A program made the position numbers and the translations under genes. This document shows, one piece after another, positions 1 to 12,122 of a DNA stretch of 64,000 nucleotides. Within the stretch, counting starts at the first letter, position 1; every line of letters starts with the position of its first letter. The stretch lies in assembly GCF_009914755.1 (NCBI RefSeq), contig NC_060945.1; one strand, 5' to 3'. The DNA comes from the human T2T-CHM13v2.0 reference genome, Homo sapiens. The notes under the pieces are model-generated. The model was not told the origin of the DNA. It saw only the letters and a program-made list of their open reading frames with translations, and did no database searches.

Positions 1-811
1 AACTCATTGTACACAGTCCCCAAATGTCCTGAGTCCAGTCTTCATTGCTTGAGAAGTTTCTTTCCCAGCCCTGGTCTCCTCCTTCTCTGCCTCTTCCTCC
101 TCCTTCTTCACCCCTCTGTCTACAATCACACGCTCACTCTATACACATCCTCAGTCCCACCTTTTAGTTCATAGTCCCGGTAATACTGTAAAGGAGTTGG
201 AAACTTTGGGTCATCTTCACAGTTTGAGAAAGCTGACAGCTGTCCATCAAACGGAATGTATTTGATTTCAACCAAAACAGCACATGCCATGCAGTTGCAT
301 ATCAACGTCTGTTGATGGGCCACAGTCTCTCTCGTGTCTTTTCTCTTGTTTTTGATATGTTTCTATTTTTAAATACAGGTAGTTTTCCTTAAAATGGCAT
401 TATAAACGGTATGTTAGGTCAAAACTGTGTTGTTTCTATTGCTTTAGTTTCATCCCAGTTTGCATTAGTGGGATTCCAAACTCTACTCTAAAGTTTATAC
501 ATTTCTTAAGACCACTTTCTTTGGCACTTTGTCCTTAAGACTTCATGCTTCTACATACACTGTCTTTTACAAGGTCAGTCCACAGATGATATGTCCATAT
601 TCGTGACATTTTTAGCATCCTCCTCATTTCTGTAGTAAGACTTCAGTAACTCCCTCCCAAGAGTCTTTGGATCTCTTCCCCGGCTTCCTTCCCCAGCCCC
701 AGTAAAGCTTTTTTCATTCCTCTTGAGGCACTTTTGATTCATGTTCTCCGATAGAGTTTGTGGCGATGGGCTGGTGAATGCACGCTGATGGGAAAAGCCT
801 CCGCCAGGTCT
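1..811 (-). other. ERG: ERG 3' UTR (partial, continues beyond the left edge)
   Basis: Immediately follows the stop codon; no repeat-like sequence seen. Confidence 0.9.
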
Positions 812-1332
812 TTAGTAGTAAGTGCCCAGATGAGAAGGCATATGGCTGGTGGGGAGCCTAGTGTTGGGGTATATACCCCCAGTTGGTGAATTCCAGTATG
901 GGTTTGGGGCAGCAAAAAAACTGGAAGATGTCACGGGGAGGGCTGGAGGGTGGGGCGCCACAAAGTTCATCTTCTGTGGGTGGGCGTGATAGGAGCCCAT
1001 GTACGGGAGGTCTGAGGGGTACTTGTACAGAGATGACTCCGGGGGGTGGGGCTGGAGGGCCTGGGCGATCCCGTGGAAGTCGAACTTGTAGGCGTAGCGC
1101 TTCCCATGGACCTTGGTCATGATGTTCTTGTCATAGTAGTAACGGAGGGCGCGGCTGAGCTTATCGTAGTTCATGTTGGGTTTGCTCTTCCGCTCTCCCC
1201 AGCGCCGGGCCACCTCGTCGGGATCCGTCATCTTGAACTCCCCGTTGGTGCCTTCCCAGGTGATGCAGCTGGAGTTGGAGCTGTCCGACAGGAGCTCCAG
1301 GAGGAACTGCCAAAGCTGGATCTGGCCACTGC
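812..1332 (-). CDS. ERG: ERG terminal coding exon: ETS DNA-binding domain ([15 protein letters not shown]...[10 protein letters not shown]...) and C-terminal domain ending HLGTYY*
   Basis: Unambiguous ETS domain with ERG-specific C-terminus; acceptor cattAG at 1333-1334; stop TAA at 812-814. Confidence 0.99.
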
Positions 1333-4300
1333 CTAATGAGGTCAGGAGAGGAAGGAAAACTCCAGTGAGCACAGGTTCCAGGGGAAAGAGGCTCTCTGTG
1401 ATGACGGAAGGAGGTGCTATTGGTGTGCCGCCCACATTCCCTTCACCAGGCCTGTCCGTCCATCCCTCAGCTGCAGGGGTGCGGACTGCTCTCGTTCCAT
1501 GGCCACCCACTTCTCCAGAGAACTGCCCTTGCCTGAACAGAGCCGCCGCCTCGCCCACCCCCAGGTATCCCACAGCTGGGTGGACTGAACGGGGTACCAC
1601 GGGCCGGCCCCCTTGCCTCAAGGAAAGACCAACTCCATGACGCTATTCAGGCTTCAGGGCTCCCGTGGGATTGGGCTGAAACAGCGTCCAGCTGCAAGGA
1701 GGCTTGGAGGAGGCCAGAAACTTCCTTAGCGCTGCCCCTGCAGCACTTCCCATTCTCTCTCTCCTGAGAACATGCCGTTAATCAGTCACCTGCACAAGCA
1801 GGCTTACCCCAAGCTCTGCATCAAGGGAACCCGACCTAGGACGATGATCTAACAGATTCAAGACCTAGATGGAATGCAGCGAATTCATATGGGGCAAAGT
1901 TCAGGCTGCTTCCATCCATTTCTGACGTCCTTAAAAGAACAGCCAGATCAACCTGGTGTTTAGGGGATGAAAGAGCTATATATTTTTTTTTCCTATTTTG
2001 TGAAGCACAAAGTACTGTTATGTGGATGGCAATAATGACTTAATGCCATTTATATTGGCTAGGTCAAGTAAGATAATAAAAGTTAGATTTAGGAAATGAA
2101 CTTCTAAAAGTTTATGGAAAAAAATCGAGAATGGAAGTAAACACCATTATTTCTAACATAACATTTTGCTGGCGCTCAGAAAGCAATTCTGTGAAAACTT
2201 TTCCTAGAACAGAATTAACCCACTCAAAATGAGGAAGTTTAGGAAAAAAAAAAAAAAAGCTGGCTCTTTTTCAAACCAGATCACCCAGTTCCAGTATTTG
2301 GGCAAGCGCATCGTAACGGAAACCAGTGCCTTGCCTGTGTGCTGCAACGCCAATTGTGTTAAGCAGCATTTCCAGAAGAAAAACCCCAACAATGAGTGAT
2401 TGCAAGTCCCCTTGGGAAGCTGAATGAGACTCTTCCTTTGTCAAAGAGATCACATTTAGCTGGGTGGACAAAGTCAGAATTTTCTTGATTTCATTGAAAT
2501 CATACAGATACAGCTTTGTTTTATGAAATTCAAAGAAAAATCTAGGCACATCATTCTAGCTGCTATGTTACAATACTTGAAGATAGTTTATGGCTCCCTA
2601 GAAGACAGCAGCATGTAAATATTGACAGCAGTATCCGTACCAAGAGAAGCTAAGCTGTGCTGAACATATTTCAGAAGCTTAAGAACAGATGGGAGGTGGG
2701 TCTTTCCTCCCAAATTCCAGTTACAGCACTGCCTTAGACTTATTACCAAAAGATTACCTTTTATTATAGTGTAAGTAATATCAATCGATGTGATAAAATG
2801 ATTAAAGTAACTTTAACTGACATCTACTCAGGGAAGTAATATACTGTAAAAATCAATTTTACGTTCATTTTCTTCTAAATCCTCGCTAGCCTCCTGTACA
2901 TATCACCCAACTTATAAACTCTGCTTTGCATGTTGGCTACATGGACATGGATATTTTTGTGAATTTATCCATACAATAGCACTGTGAGAAAGGTCAGCTT
3001 TTTCTGAATCTATGCTGGAAAGTGCTCATTTTCAGTCTAGCAACACATTTGAAATGTATTAACAGCTTGTAGCTCATTGAAGTGGAAGCCTTTGCTTTTT
3101 CAGAACCACATATACAAACTGTTCCCAATCAAGTTTTGTTGCCTCCAACATTTTATTAATATGCATTTAGAAAATACAAAGAATGGTATGAGAAAACCAT
3201 ATGGTCTTAGTATATATATTGTAACCAAAAAATTACAACTTGAAAAAATTCCGTATATGACCTGGGAATAGGAAAAGGCATGGATTTTTGATTTAACAGT
3301 CTAACAGATGCTTCAATATAAACACATACGGTTGTTTGAAAATAAATATTCAGCGTCAACTTTCTCCCATAGAGAAAGCAACTCCACAGACCTGCCGAAA
3401 TCACACTTGGAATCTACTCAAACCTTGGCATTGCCTCTTAGCAATTTGTCCCTCACCCATTTCTCTTATAAACGTGTGTAGGACAGAATCAGTGGACAAA
3501 AGTGATCTCATGTCTCTCCTATTTCTGAAGAGTTAGAAAGCAGGGGACCTAAATTTGTGGCAGCAAACTCTATGCCCAAAGGATGGATGAGCTAATTTCT
3601 CACTTGACTATTTTACCCAGTAGCCATAAAGACATAGGGCTCAGGACTGTGAGAATTTCAAGGGAGGGTCTATAGAAATAAGAGAACTGTAAGCAAAATT
3701 CATCAGCTTTCAAACCTTGAAAGAAACCTGGAAATGCAAAATCAATGAATGTTTAAGTAAATGGTAGAAAGAGTAACATCATGTCAAACTCATTAATTGT
3801 TAAATTTAATATTTGTAACAAAATTCGCTGCATTTTGCAGTGTGTAGAACAAAATTTCTCACTGCAAGAATTCTCAAAAATGAACAATGGTTGTTAAAAA
3901 ATTGTCAGTGGTAAAGGAATTATTCTCAGTCATAAAATTTTAAGAGCAATTTTTAAATTCTTATTTTACTTCCAAAACAATAACATTTAATGTGTGACGA
4001 GGTGCATTTTAGAATATAGAATAGAGATTTCCAAACAAGAATGCTTAGGGTTTAGGAAAGCCTAAAAGTGGCTTGGGTCACTCATGGGCCAAACCAGGAT
4101 TTACAAAGAGAAGTTCTTGAAAGACAAGAGCTTTCATTGAGTAGCATCACCACCTCTACCTTAGGACTCACCTTTCTTGGGTAAACCCTTCAGATCTATT
4201 TTTTTTTTTACTCTCTCTTAATAACATCCTTGCGATGTCAGTAAGGAGGAACTAATTTTTTCTTAGGGTAATTACCAAAATAAAACATATTTGGAGGTAA

Positions 4301-4869
4301 AAAACAGTGGCAAGCAGCATTGTCCACCTACAGAGAACCCTGTGGGTGAAAGGGAGCGGCTGTGGCTTTTAAGAAGACAGAGGCACTCCTTTAATTTTAC
4401 AGAGGAAAGTAATCTCCTAATATTGTTAAAAGAAAGGGAGAGAAACAGGGTAGCAAAGGGGTACAGACTGAGCAAAAAAGGGGGAAAAAAAACTAAACGG
4501 TTTACAAACCACAGAGCAAAGCAGAGAGCTGCAGAGTGAGTCAGCAGCTGTGTCTGGTGGAAACAGCATCCTGGTGCAAAGCCCTGCAGCCGTCAGCTGA
4601 TGAACAAGGGCAGTAAATACAGCCGTGAGGGGCCCCACCAGTACCATGTGGCAGTGGTTTGGGGCCACTTTCTCTAGAAGCCAGGGGTGGTGCAGAAGAT
4701 CCCGTGTGCATGGCCTGGACCCTCTGCAAGGCAGCAGGTGTGTCCAGCAGGTGTGTCCTGAATGGAAGTCTCTGCCCCGAGGCTCAGTGAGGCTCAGGCA
4801 CCACTTACTGGAGGGGCAGGAAAGCATGGTGGTAGGGAGCACCAACTTTGGAGTTGCCACTGCTTCAGC

Positions 4870-5000
4870 TGAATCCTGCCTCTGCCCTTTGTGGGACGTT
4901 TGGCAACTCTCGCAGCTCTCTCTGCCTCAGTATCGTCATCTGTAAAGTGGGGGTGATGGTAATAGTACTATCTTGCAAGATCATGGTAAGGATGAACTCA
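4870..5000 (+). mobile_element. MIR SINE fragment
   Basis: tctctgcctcagtatcgtcatctgtaaagtggggtgatggtaatagtacta resembles the MIR core. Confidence 0.6.
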
Positions 5001-5179
5001 GTACTTGAATGGTCTTGTCAGAATTTCTTTGGGCTGAAAATCAGAGTTTAAGGAAAGACAACACTCCTCTCCTATAGCCAGGAAATGCCTAAAGAAAGAG
5101 AAATACTGTTCAATTGGCCTATTGAACCATGAAGAAGCTTGAAACGGTGCTATTCTTGGGCTGACTGATATCCTCTGAA

Positions 5180-5370
5180 AGCTTACTGTATGCCATGCAC
5201 CATTCTAAACGCTTTACATGTATTGGTTTATTTAATCCCCACAGGAATCATGTGATTAGTCCATTGGAGAAGTGACGAAATTGGAGCTTAGAGAGGTAGA
5301 CTGACTTATTTTGCTTAGCGTTGGCAAGGGTTGAAATCCAGACTCTAGGCTGCCATGCTTAATCACTGCG
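5180..5370 (-). mobile_element. MIR SINE fragment
   Basis: gcttactgtatgccatgcaccattctaaacgctttacatgtatt...atttaatccccaca...gagaggt pattern. Confidence 0.6.
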
Positions 5371-6599
5371 CAAACTTGCTTTCAGGCCTGGTTTATGCAC
5401 ACCTCTGTAGCCTCCTCAGGTCCTTTCCATGTTGTCCCCTCCCTGGGGGACTCCCACTGGAAGACTGCACACTGCCACCTCCTAACAAATGGGAAAACAT
5501 CCCTAGCCTGGTCTGTCGTTCTGCAAGAGGCAGGATGTATTTTCATGTGCACCATTGAAGAGTATCCAGTTAGCATCAAGGAAGCCTCTGAACATAACCC
5601 ACCAAAGCTCTTTCATTAGAGGAACCATGTTAGATAGATTCTCAGCTGCTCTGATGGGATGTAAAGGAGCTGTGTTGCTTATAACCGATCCATGATATCA
5701 GAATGCAGGGACACACTGTTCTCAGCAGGAAAAGTGATGTCCAAAGTACACATCAAGTGAATATTTGGGATAGAGATGTTGGGATGCTGACATCATCCTG
5801 TGCATTCATACTATATGATGCAATCTTTCCACTTAAAATGATGAAAAGGAATTTGTATTGTATGAAGAGCAAAGACAGCAATTTTTAAGTGATGAAAGAT
5901 TTATTTATCAGAGAATAGAAAAATAGAATCAAACAGGAAGAAGCATTGTCATTAATACAAAGATAAAAGACATTCTGGTTTCAGGGGAAAAGTTCACATG
6001 AGCACAACAGACACAAACCTAAAGATAGATGGAGAGAAAGTCAAATTCATCAGAAACTAAATGAAATAAATCTTTATCTTAAAGTCACTTGCCTGCAAAT
6101 CAAAGATGGGATGTTGCCATTTTCTCCAGGCCCATTAAGAACAGTCTTAATGGTATGAAGCACAGTCCTCCTTCCCCAGGCCTGTGATGAGTTTCTGGTC
6201 TCCTTGCTCTGAGCTCAGGTCCCTCTATCTACAAAGGGCATCCCCGGGCTGCTGGGCCCAGGGCATATGCAGTGTTCCCTTGTGAAAGCTGGCACTTTGC
6301 TTAGGAGCAAGTGACTCAGGCCCTATTCTACAAACAAGCCAAGCAGTACCTTTGGGCTGTGACAACGTGGTCATGGACATATATGTTTCATTTGGCCAAT
6401 GTGTGAGTGCAAAGGCCAGTTTGGTCTTCTTTGGTGCAGCTTGACTCTTTCCTCCTCTTCCTTCCTGACCTCAGATTCATCGCCTGCACCTAAGCAGTTA
6501 TGACCCTGAAAGGAAATCCTTGCTTTCTATTCTCACAGTCCGCATTTTGTAAGACCTCCTCTTCCCTTCATACTTAGTCAGTGGCAGAGTAGGGCAAGA

Positions 6600-6750
6600 A
6601 AACAAAAGTAGACTTTGCAGACAGAGTCAGGTTTCAAACCTGACCTCCCTTATCATTGGCTGTGTGACACAGGAAAAGTTACTTAACTTCTCTGGACTTC
6701 TAATTCCTTTTCTGTAGGATGGAGATAGTAACCTCCCAGGGCTGTTATGA
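6600..6750 (+). mobile_element. MIR SINE fragment
   Basis: ggctgtgtgacacaggaaaagttacttaacttctctgg...ctgtaggatggagatagtaac. Confidence 0.6.
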
Positions 6751-7770
6751 GACACAGAAGGGACCACAGACATTCTATGGGGGGCATTCTGCGGGATGGG
6801 AGCTGTTTGATTGTTATTTCACATGATTGTATTAACATTCCCAGAGTGTTTCAGCTTCCGTCATTTTCTTTTTTCTAATCTATCCTGAACATTGCTGCCA
6901 GATCAGTCTTCCTGAAGCATGACTGATAATAATCATCTCAAAACATAGTCATTATTTTTATTTGAATGGTTATATGGCAGAGTTGCAAATGAAAAGCTGA
7001 GCAGAAGGCTGAGAAGAGACCACAGCCTCAGGAGCCTGGGCTACTAGATGAAAGCCAGCATGAGCAAAAAGGGCCTGTGGCTCTGTGTTTGGGACAATGT
7101 TGTAACTACCTGTGTCCATCTCTCCACGGACCAAAAGCACCCTGAGCTAAAGGACTATATCTCATTATCCTTGGCATTCATGTATGCAACAAATAATTAT
7201 TGAGCACCTAGTCTAGGCCCCAGGCTAACTAGTTTTCTTTAGATTTTCAGCTGTGTAAAAAAAATTCATTGAATTCATTAACATTAACCAAAATTTAACT
7301 TCAAAAATACAGATGTTCAATAATGATAACATTTCGTGTTTTCAATGTGTAGATTCTCTTGCAGGGATGTACACTGATTAAATCTTAATTATTCCATTTC
7401 GAACCTTATTTTGGCCTCAACGTTTAGGAAATACACATTCCATCTTGTGCTTGCAATATGCCTGTAACATCTTGGCATTTGAATTTGCAGTTGGGAATAT
7501 GCAGCATAGGCTATGAATTTCTGAAGCTGGTGCCAGCACAGCTGGTTCTGATCTGAATACAAACAAATAAAACTATGTGGTTGGCACTGAAACACTAGGA
7601 CAGGTGACAAACCTTGGCAATGCACTGGTTACAAATGGGCTAATTAAGAATCTGCACTTTCTTCTAGCATCGAAGTTCAGAAACAGACCATCGAAGATGA
7701 GCCTGAATTTGAAGTCTTGTGGTTGTATCAAGGCTCTCTTTTAAAAAATACTAGTTATTTTATCTGCTTG

Positions 7771-8193
7771 TATAATGGGTTGAATTGTGTTCCCTCAATT
7801 CCCTATGTTGAAATCTTAACCCGCAGTATCTAAGAATGTGACCTTTTTTGGAGATAAGATCCTAAATGAGGTAATCAAGTTATAGTAAGGTTATGGGGTA
7901 GGTATTCCAACCTGACCAATGTCCTTATGCAAAAGAGGCATTTGGACACAGAGACTGACACACACAGAGAGATGATGATGAGAAGAGACACGAGGAGATG
8001 ATGGCTATCTGTAAGCCAGGGAGAGCCCCCAGGACAGATCCCTCCCTCACAGCCCTGAGAAGGAACGAAACCTGCCACCATGACACTCTGATTTCAGACT
8101 TCCAGCCTCCAGAACTGCGAGACAATAAACTGTTGTTGTTTAAGCCACCTAATCCGTGGTACTTTGTTACAGCAGCCCTAGAAAACTATTACA
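7771..8193 (+). mobile_element. MaLR solo LTR (MLT1B/C-like), antisense to ERG
   Basis: gaattgtgttcc..., gacttccagcctccagaactgcgagacaataaac..., ends ...aaactattaca; 5-bp TSD GCTTG at 7766-7770 and 8194-8198. Confidence 0.85.
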
Positions 8194-8401
8194 GCTTGGA
8201 TTAGGTTATAATGTTCTTTGCTGAAGCTGAAATCTTAATTTATAACCCAACCCATCTTTCCATTAAGGCAAATAATTCAGTGAGACCTAAAACTAAAATC
8301 TGTTCAGTTGAAGGAATTTCTCACCAATACCAATTTACTTTTCAAAATAACCACTGCCAAAAAGTAATTTTGTAAGAAGAAAATCATCAGCAGTTTCTCA
8401 C

Positions 8402-8449
8402 CTGGATTTGCAAGGCGGCTACTTGTTGGTCCAAGAATCTGATAAGGAT
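8402..8449 (-). CDS. ERG: ERG coding exon, 48 nt (DPYQILGPTSSRLANP)
   Basis: Manual translation; acceptor tgtAG at 8450-8451, donor GTgag at 8400-8401. Confidence 0.97.
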
Positions 8450-9065
8450 CTACAGCAAAAAGAAACAAAGTCAAATCCTAGACATAGTTGTAACATAGTA
8501 TGATGTGACTTCAGACATAATGCCTGACTTAATTGTTTTTTCAGATTTCAGAGCCGAAAATGTCCTCCAACTCCAAATCAACTGCCTCCACCTCCTCTAT
8601 GAGAGAAGATGTCACACGGCATCTCAGATGTCTTGCTAGGGGACTCCTAATTGGTGGCAGGGCTTGGATTCAACCCCAGGATCCTGACATATAGCTCAAG
8701 GCTCACACCAACCAATGATATAAAGAGGGCAAACATGTGCCAAGCCCCATCAATCCAGGGCCGTGCAGGCTGTGTTGTTTAGGCATGGAAAGTAAAATCT
8801 AAAAAATTAATGGATCACAAAGAAGCAGCCTGTGTGCACGTAGAATTTTTTTCCCTATTTATTGCATAGTTGGGGACGTGTTTTAGCACCATCTCAAGTC
8901 ACCTCGCATGAGTAGGCTGATGACTTGGGCCCTATCTTATGTATGGAGCTGTCGAAAAGAGGCAAACAATCATGTTAATTTCCATTAAAAAGTGAAGCAT
9001 TTTAGAAATGTGCTGCTGAGCCTGAATCTTCTCTTATGGTTATCCAGACGGCCCCTGAAACATAC

Positions 9066-9122
9066 CTAACTGAGGACGCTGGTCTTCAGTTTTGGGCACT
9101 GTGGAAGGAGATGGTTGAGCAG
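9066..9122 (-). CDS. ERG: ERG coding exon, 57 nt (AAQPSPSTVPKTEDQRPQL)
   Basis: Manual translation; acceptor ttcAG at 9123-9124, donor GTatg at 9064-9065. Confidence 0.97.
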   Translation of the reverse strand: MLNHLLPQCPKLKTSVLS

Positions 9123-9782
9123 CTGAAAATCCAGAAATACAAAAGGCAATTAGCTATAACAGATTTGGTCACTAGTCTTTGATGTTGTTGCATAATCATT
9201 CTATCAGTTAATTTAGTTATTAACATAATAGTCTAACTCAGAAGCATCTCACGGTAAGGAAAAATTTTCCTTTCTGATGAAATCAAATGTAAACACTGTA
9301 ACAAAAAAAGAGGACATTTCCAATTATTTAAAAAATGGATACCTCCCACTTTTTCCAAAAGTAAAAAAAAAAAAGAATTTGGAATGGCTTACCAAACAGA
9401 TTACAATAAATCATAGTCTAAGATAAACACATAAAGGGAAACCACCAGTCAAATAAAGTAAAGCCAGGGATACTTTTAAGCATGGCCAAGATTCAGGAAA
9501 TCACCGATTATTTAATGTGTACTCAAACATCCCATGAAACATGCATTTGTGAAGGTTGACATACACTACATCATTCCTTTATTTTTGTTATGAAAGTCCT
9601 GATGACCCAAATGGAGAAAGAATCACTGCAGTGAAAGATCAATTGTACTCTTGTCGTCAATGGAACAAACCCATCACATGTTGCAAAATCACAGATTAAC
9701 CACAGAAATTATTATATACTCCATCAACAGTCATCCACTGCCTGTGACATGAAACTCAGGGTCATGGGAGCCAACACTGTAC

Positions 9783-9851
9783 CTTTCGACTGGGGCGTGG
9801 GGTGGCCGTGACCGGTCCAGGCTGATCTCCTGGGGGGCTCATATGGTAAAT
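9783..9851 (-). CDS. ERG: ERG coding exon, 69 nt (DLPYEPPRRSAWTGHGHPTPQSK)
   Basis: Manual translation; acceptor tacAG at 9852-9853, donor GTacag at 9781-9782. Confidence 0.97.
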
Positions 9852-10048
9852 CTGTAAAGACAAATAAATTGACTAAAAGATCAATCATGTAATTTTTATA
9901 AGAGATGCTTTGGTTTTTTATTTGATTTTGTATTTATTAGAATAAACTTTGTGCAAAAAAATCTGGTAATCCAAAGAAATATCCCACTAGATTTGAGTTT
10001 TATTTACAAATTAAAATTTCATATATTATAGTGGTCTAAAATTCTCAC

Positions 10049-10070
10049 CCGTTTGTCTGAAAACTTCCAT
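10049..10070 (-). CDS. ERG: Coding part of a cryptic alternative first exon (MEVFRQT + G), ERGalt 'exon 6alt' type
   Basis: ATG GAA GTT TTC AGA CAA ACG G|GTGAG; phase-1 donor joins in frame to the 69-nt exon (G|AT = Asp) across a 197-nt intron. Confidence 0.8.
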
Positions 10071-10272
10071 TGGCAGATTCTCCCAGAGCTTTCCAACTCT
10101 TCTAATTTCCTACAACCATAAGTCAAGACCCCAATAAAAGTTTCTTACAATCTAGTTCATCCTGCTTCCACTGGGACTGATCTACATCTGTCTCTTTATT
10201 ATCTTCATGACTCATCCAAAGCAGAGTCTACAACTTGGATGAACCAGCCCATTTTTGTTTGAGGTCTGTTCC

Positions 10273-10400
10273 TAAATCAATCAAATGACATTCAGCTTCT
10301 TTTTCTTCTTGCATCTCCTGGGAAGTGATCGCTGCCTTATCTTTTTATTTGCCAGCTGCCTCTCTTAGCCAACTCCCATTTTCCCTTTATAATCTCATCA
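10273..10400. promoter_or_regulatory. Two DUX4-type double-homeodomain motifs upstream of the cryptic first exon
   Basis: TAAATCAATCA at 10273-10283 and TAATCTCATCA at 10390-10400, each one mismatch from the TAAYYYAATCA consensus. Confidence 0.7.
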
Positions 10401-11643
10401 ATTTATATTAAATCAGTCTTATCTGATCTAGTGATTTTCATAGGCAAATGTCTCCCATTTCTAATGTTCTAAATAAATTTAGAATTTCTCTAAAATGACC
10501 TGCATGAAATGAATTACAGGACTGAAATAGTATTGCTCCCACAGCCCATTAATGATGACCTTCTGAGCTTAAGCATATGCCAAACATTTCTTTGTATTTA
10601 TAAAGTCGTATCACTTGTCCTATAAACCTTCATTTACTTTTCATATGCAAATTTAATAACTATACTTCTGCATCCTCAGTGTGAGTTCTATTAATGATTA
10701 TCAAAGCTCTATGTCATTTCAAGTTTGTTTCAAAAATATATTACAGAAACCTTATTATAATACTCTTGCTAAGAGTGCATAGCTAAGGCTATTTCTACAT
10801 GCAATCTTATTACATAACTGTTTCAAAATTATGTCTTCTTGGATTGCTTGGTCTCAGTTCAATGTCATGTGTCATTCTGGGCCAAGTGAAGGCCATGGCC
10901 AAATATCTCAGCAGGTACTTTGCTGCCAGACACCAGGAGATGTGTACAAAATTTCACTTGGAGGGTAGGACAATGCAATTGTTTTTAAGCTTCTCTTTAA
11001 ACAAATATTTTAATTTTGTTTAAAACCAGCAATTTGATGGGTCAATCTTCAAAGAGCTTGACTGTGTTGCAGAAGATGTGTCTCTTCCTATTTTCATATC
11101 CCAAAGAGAATAGAAATGATGCGCAACGTGAAAGTCAACACAGAATCTCCTTAATGTATTTGGTCTGTTTGGCTGCAAGCATCTTTGCTACTAGTGTGGT
11201 CTATGAAATCCTACCCTTCAGAGCTTTGGAGAATTAGATAATTTTTCTTTTTAAACTGATGTTACTCCTCTCTCTCAGCTGGCATTTTTGCATTTTTGGA
11301 CGTAAATCTTTTCCCACCCAGATCCTCAGATTTTCACATCTCTTGTGTTGGGGTTACACATAGGAATTATATCTGCAGCCCCTAACAATTTACAACTGAA
11401 CTTCAACTTAAGTCTCTGGGAACACTCTGCACATGGGTTCTCAGTCAGTTGCATTTTGTCTAAAATAAACTGGACAGCCAGAGTTTCAATTTGCAAATTG
11501 TCTCAGAAAGAAAAACCTACTCACAAGGCAATCCTAGCCACATCTAACCTAATTTAGGAGCAGAAAAGCACATTAACTAAGGCCTTCTATTTACCAAATG
11601 AAAAAAAGCAAGATAATACAGAAATACAGAAATATGTTCTAGA

Positions 11644-12122
<479 letters not shown>

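Noticed and set aside
34-39. miR-145 6-mer seed match (ACTGGA) in the 3' UTR
   Set aside because: Weak 6-mer expected by chance; most of the UTR is outside the window
883-1640. Plus-strand ORFs of 79-155 aa overlapping the ETS exon
   Set aside because: Antisense shadows of GC-rich coding sequence with no recognisable domain
2951-2986. Perfect RSS heptamer CACAGTG (minus) with nonamer-like ACAAAAATA; a similar case at 49893-49927; lone heptamers at 9097 and 61518
   Set aside because: Spacers are 19 nt rather than 12 or 23. RAG-mediated ERG deletions are known, but I cannot assign breakpoints without RIC scoring and patient junction data
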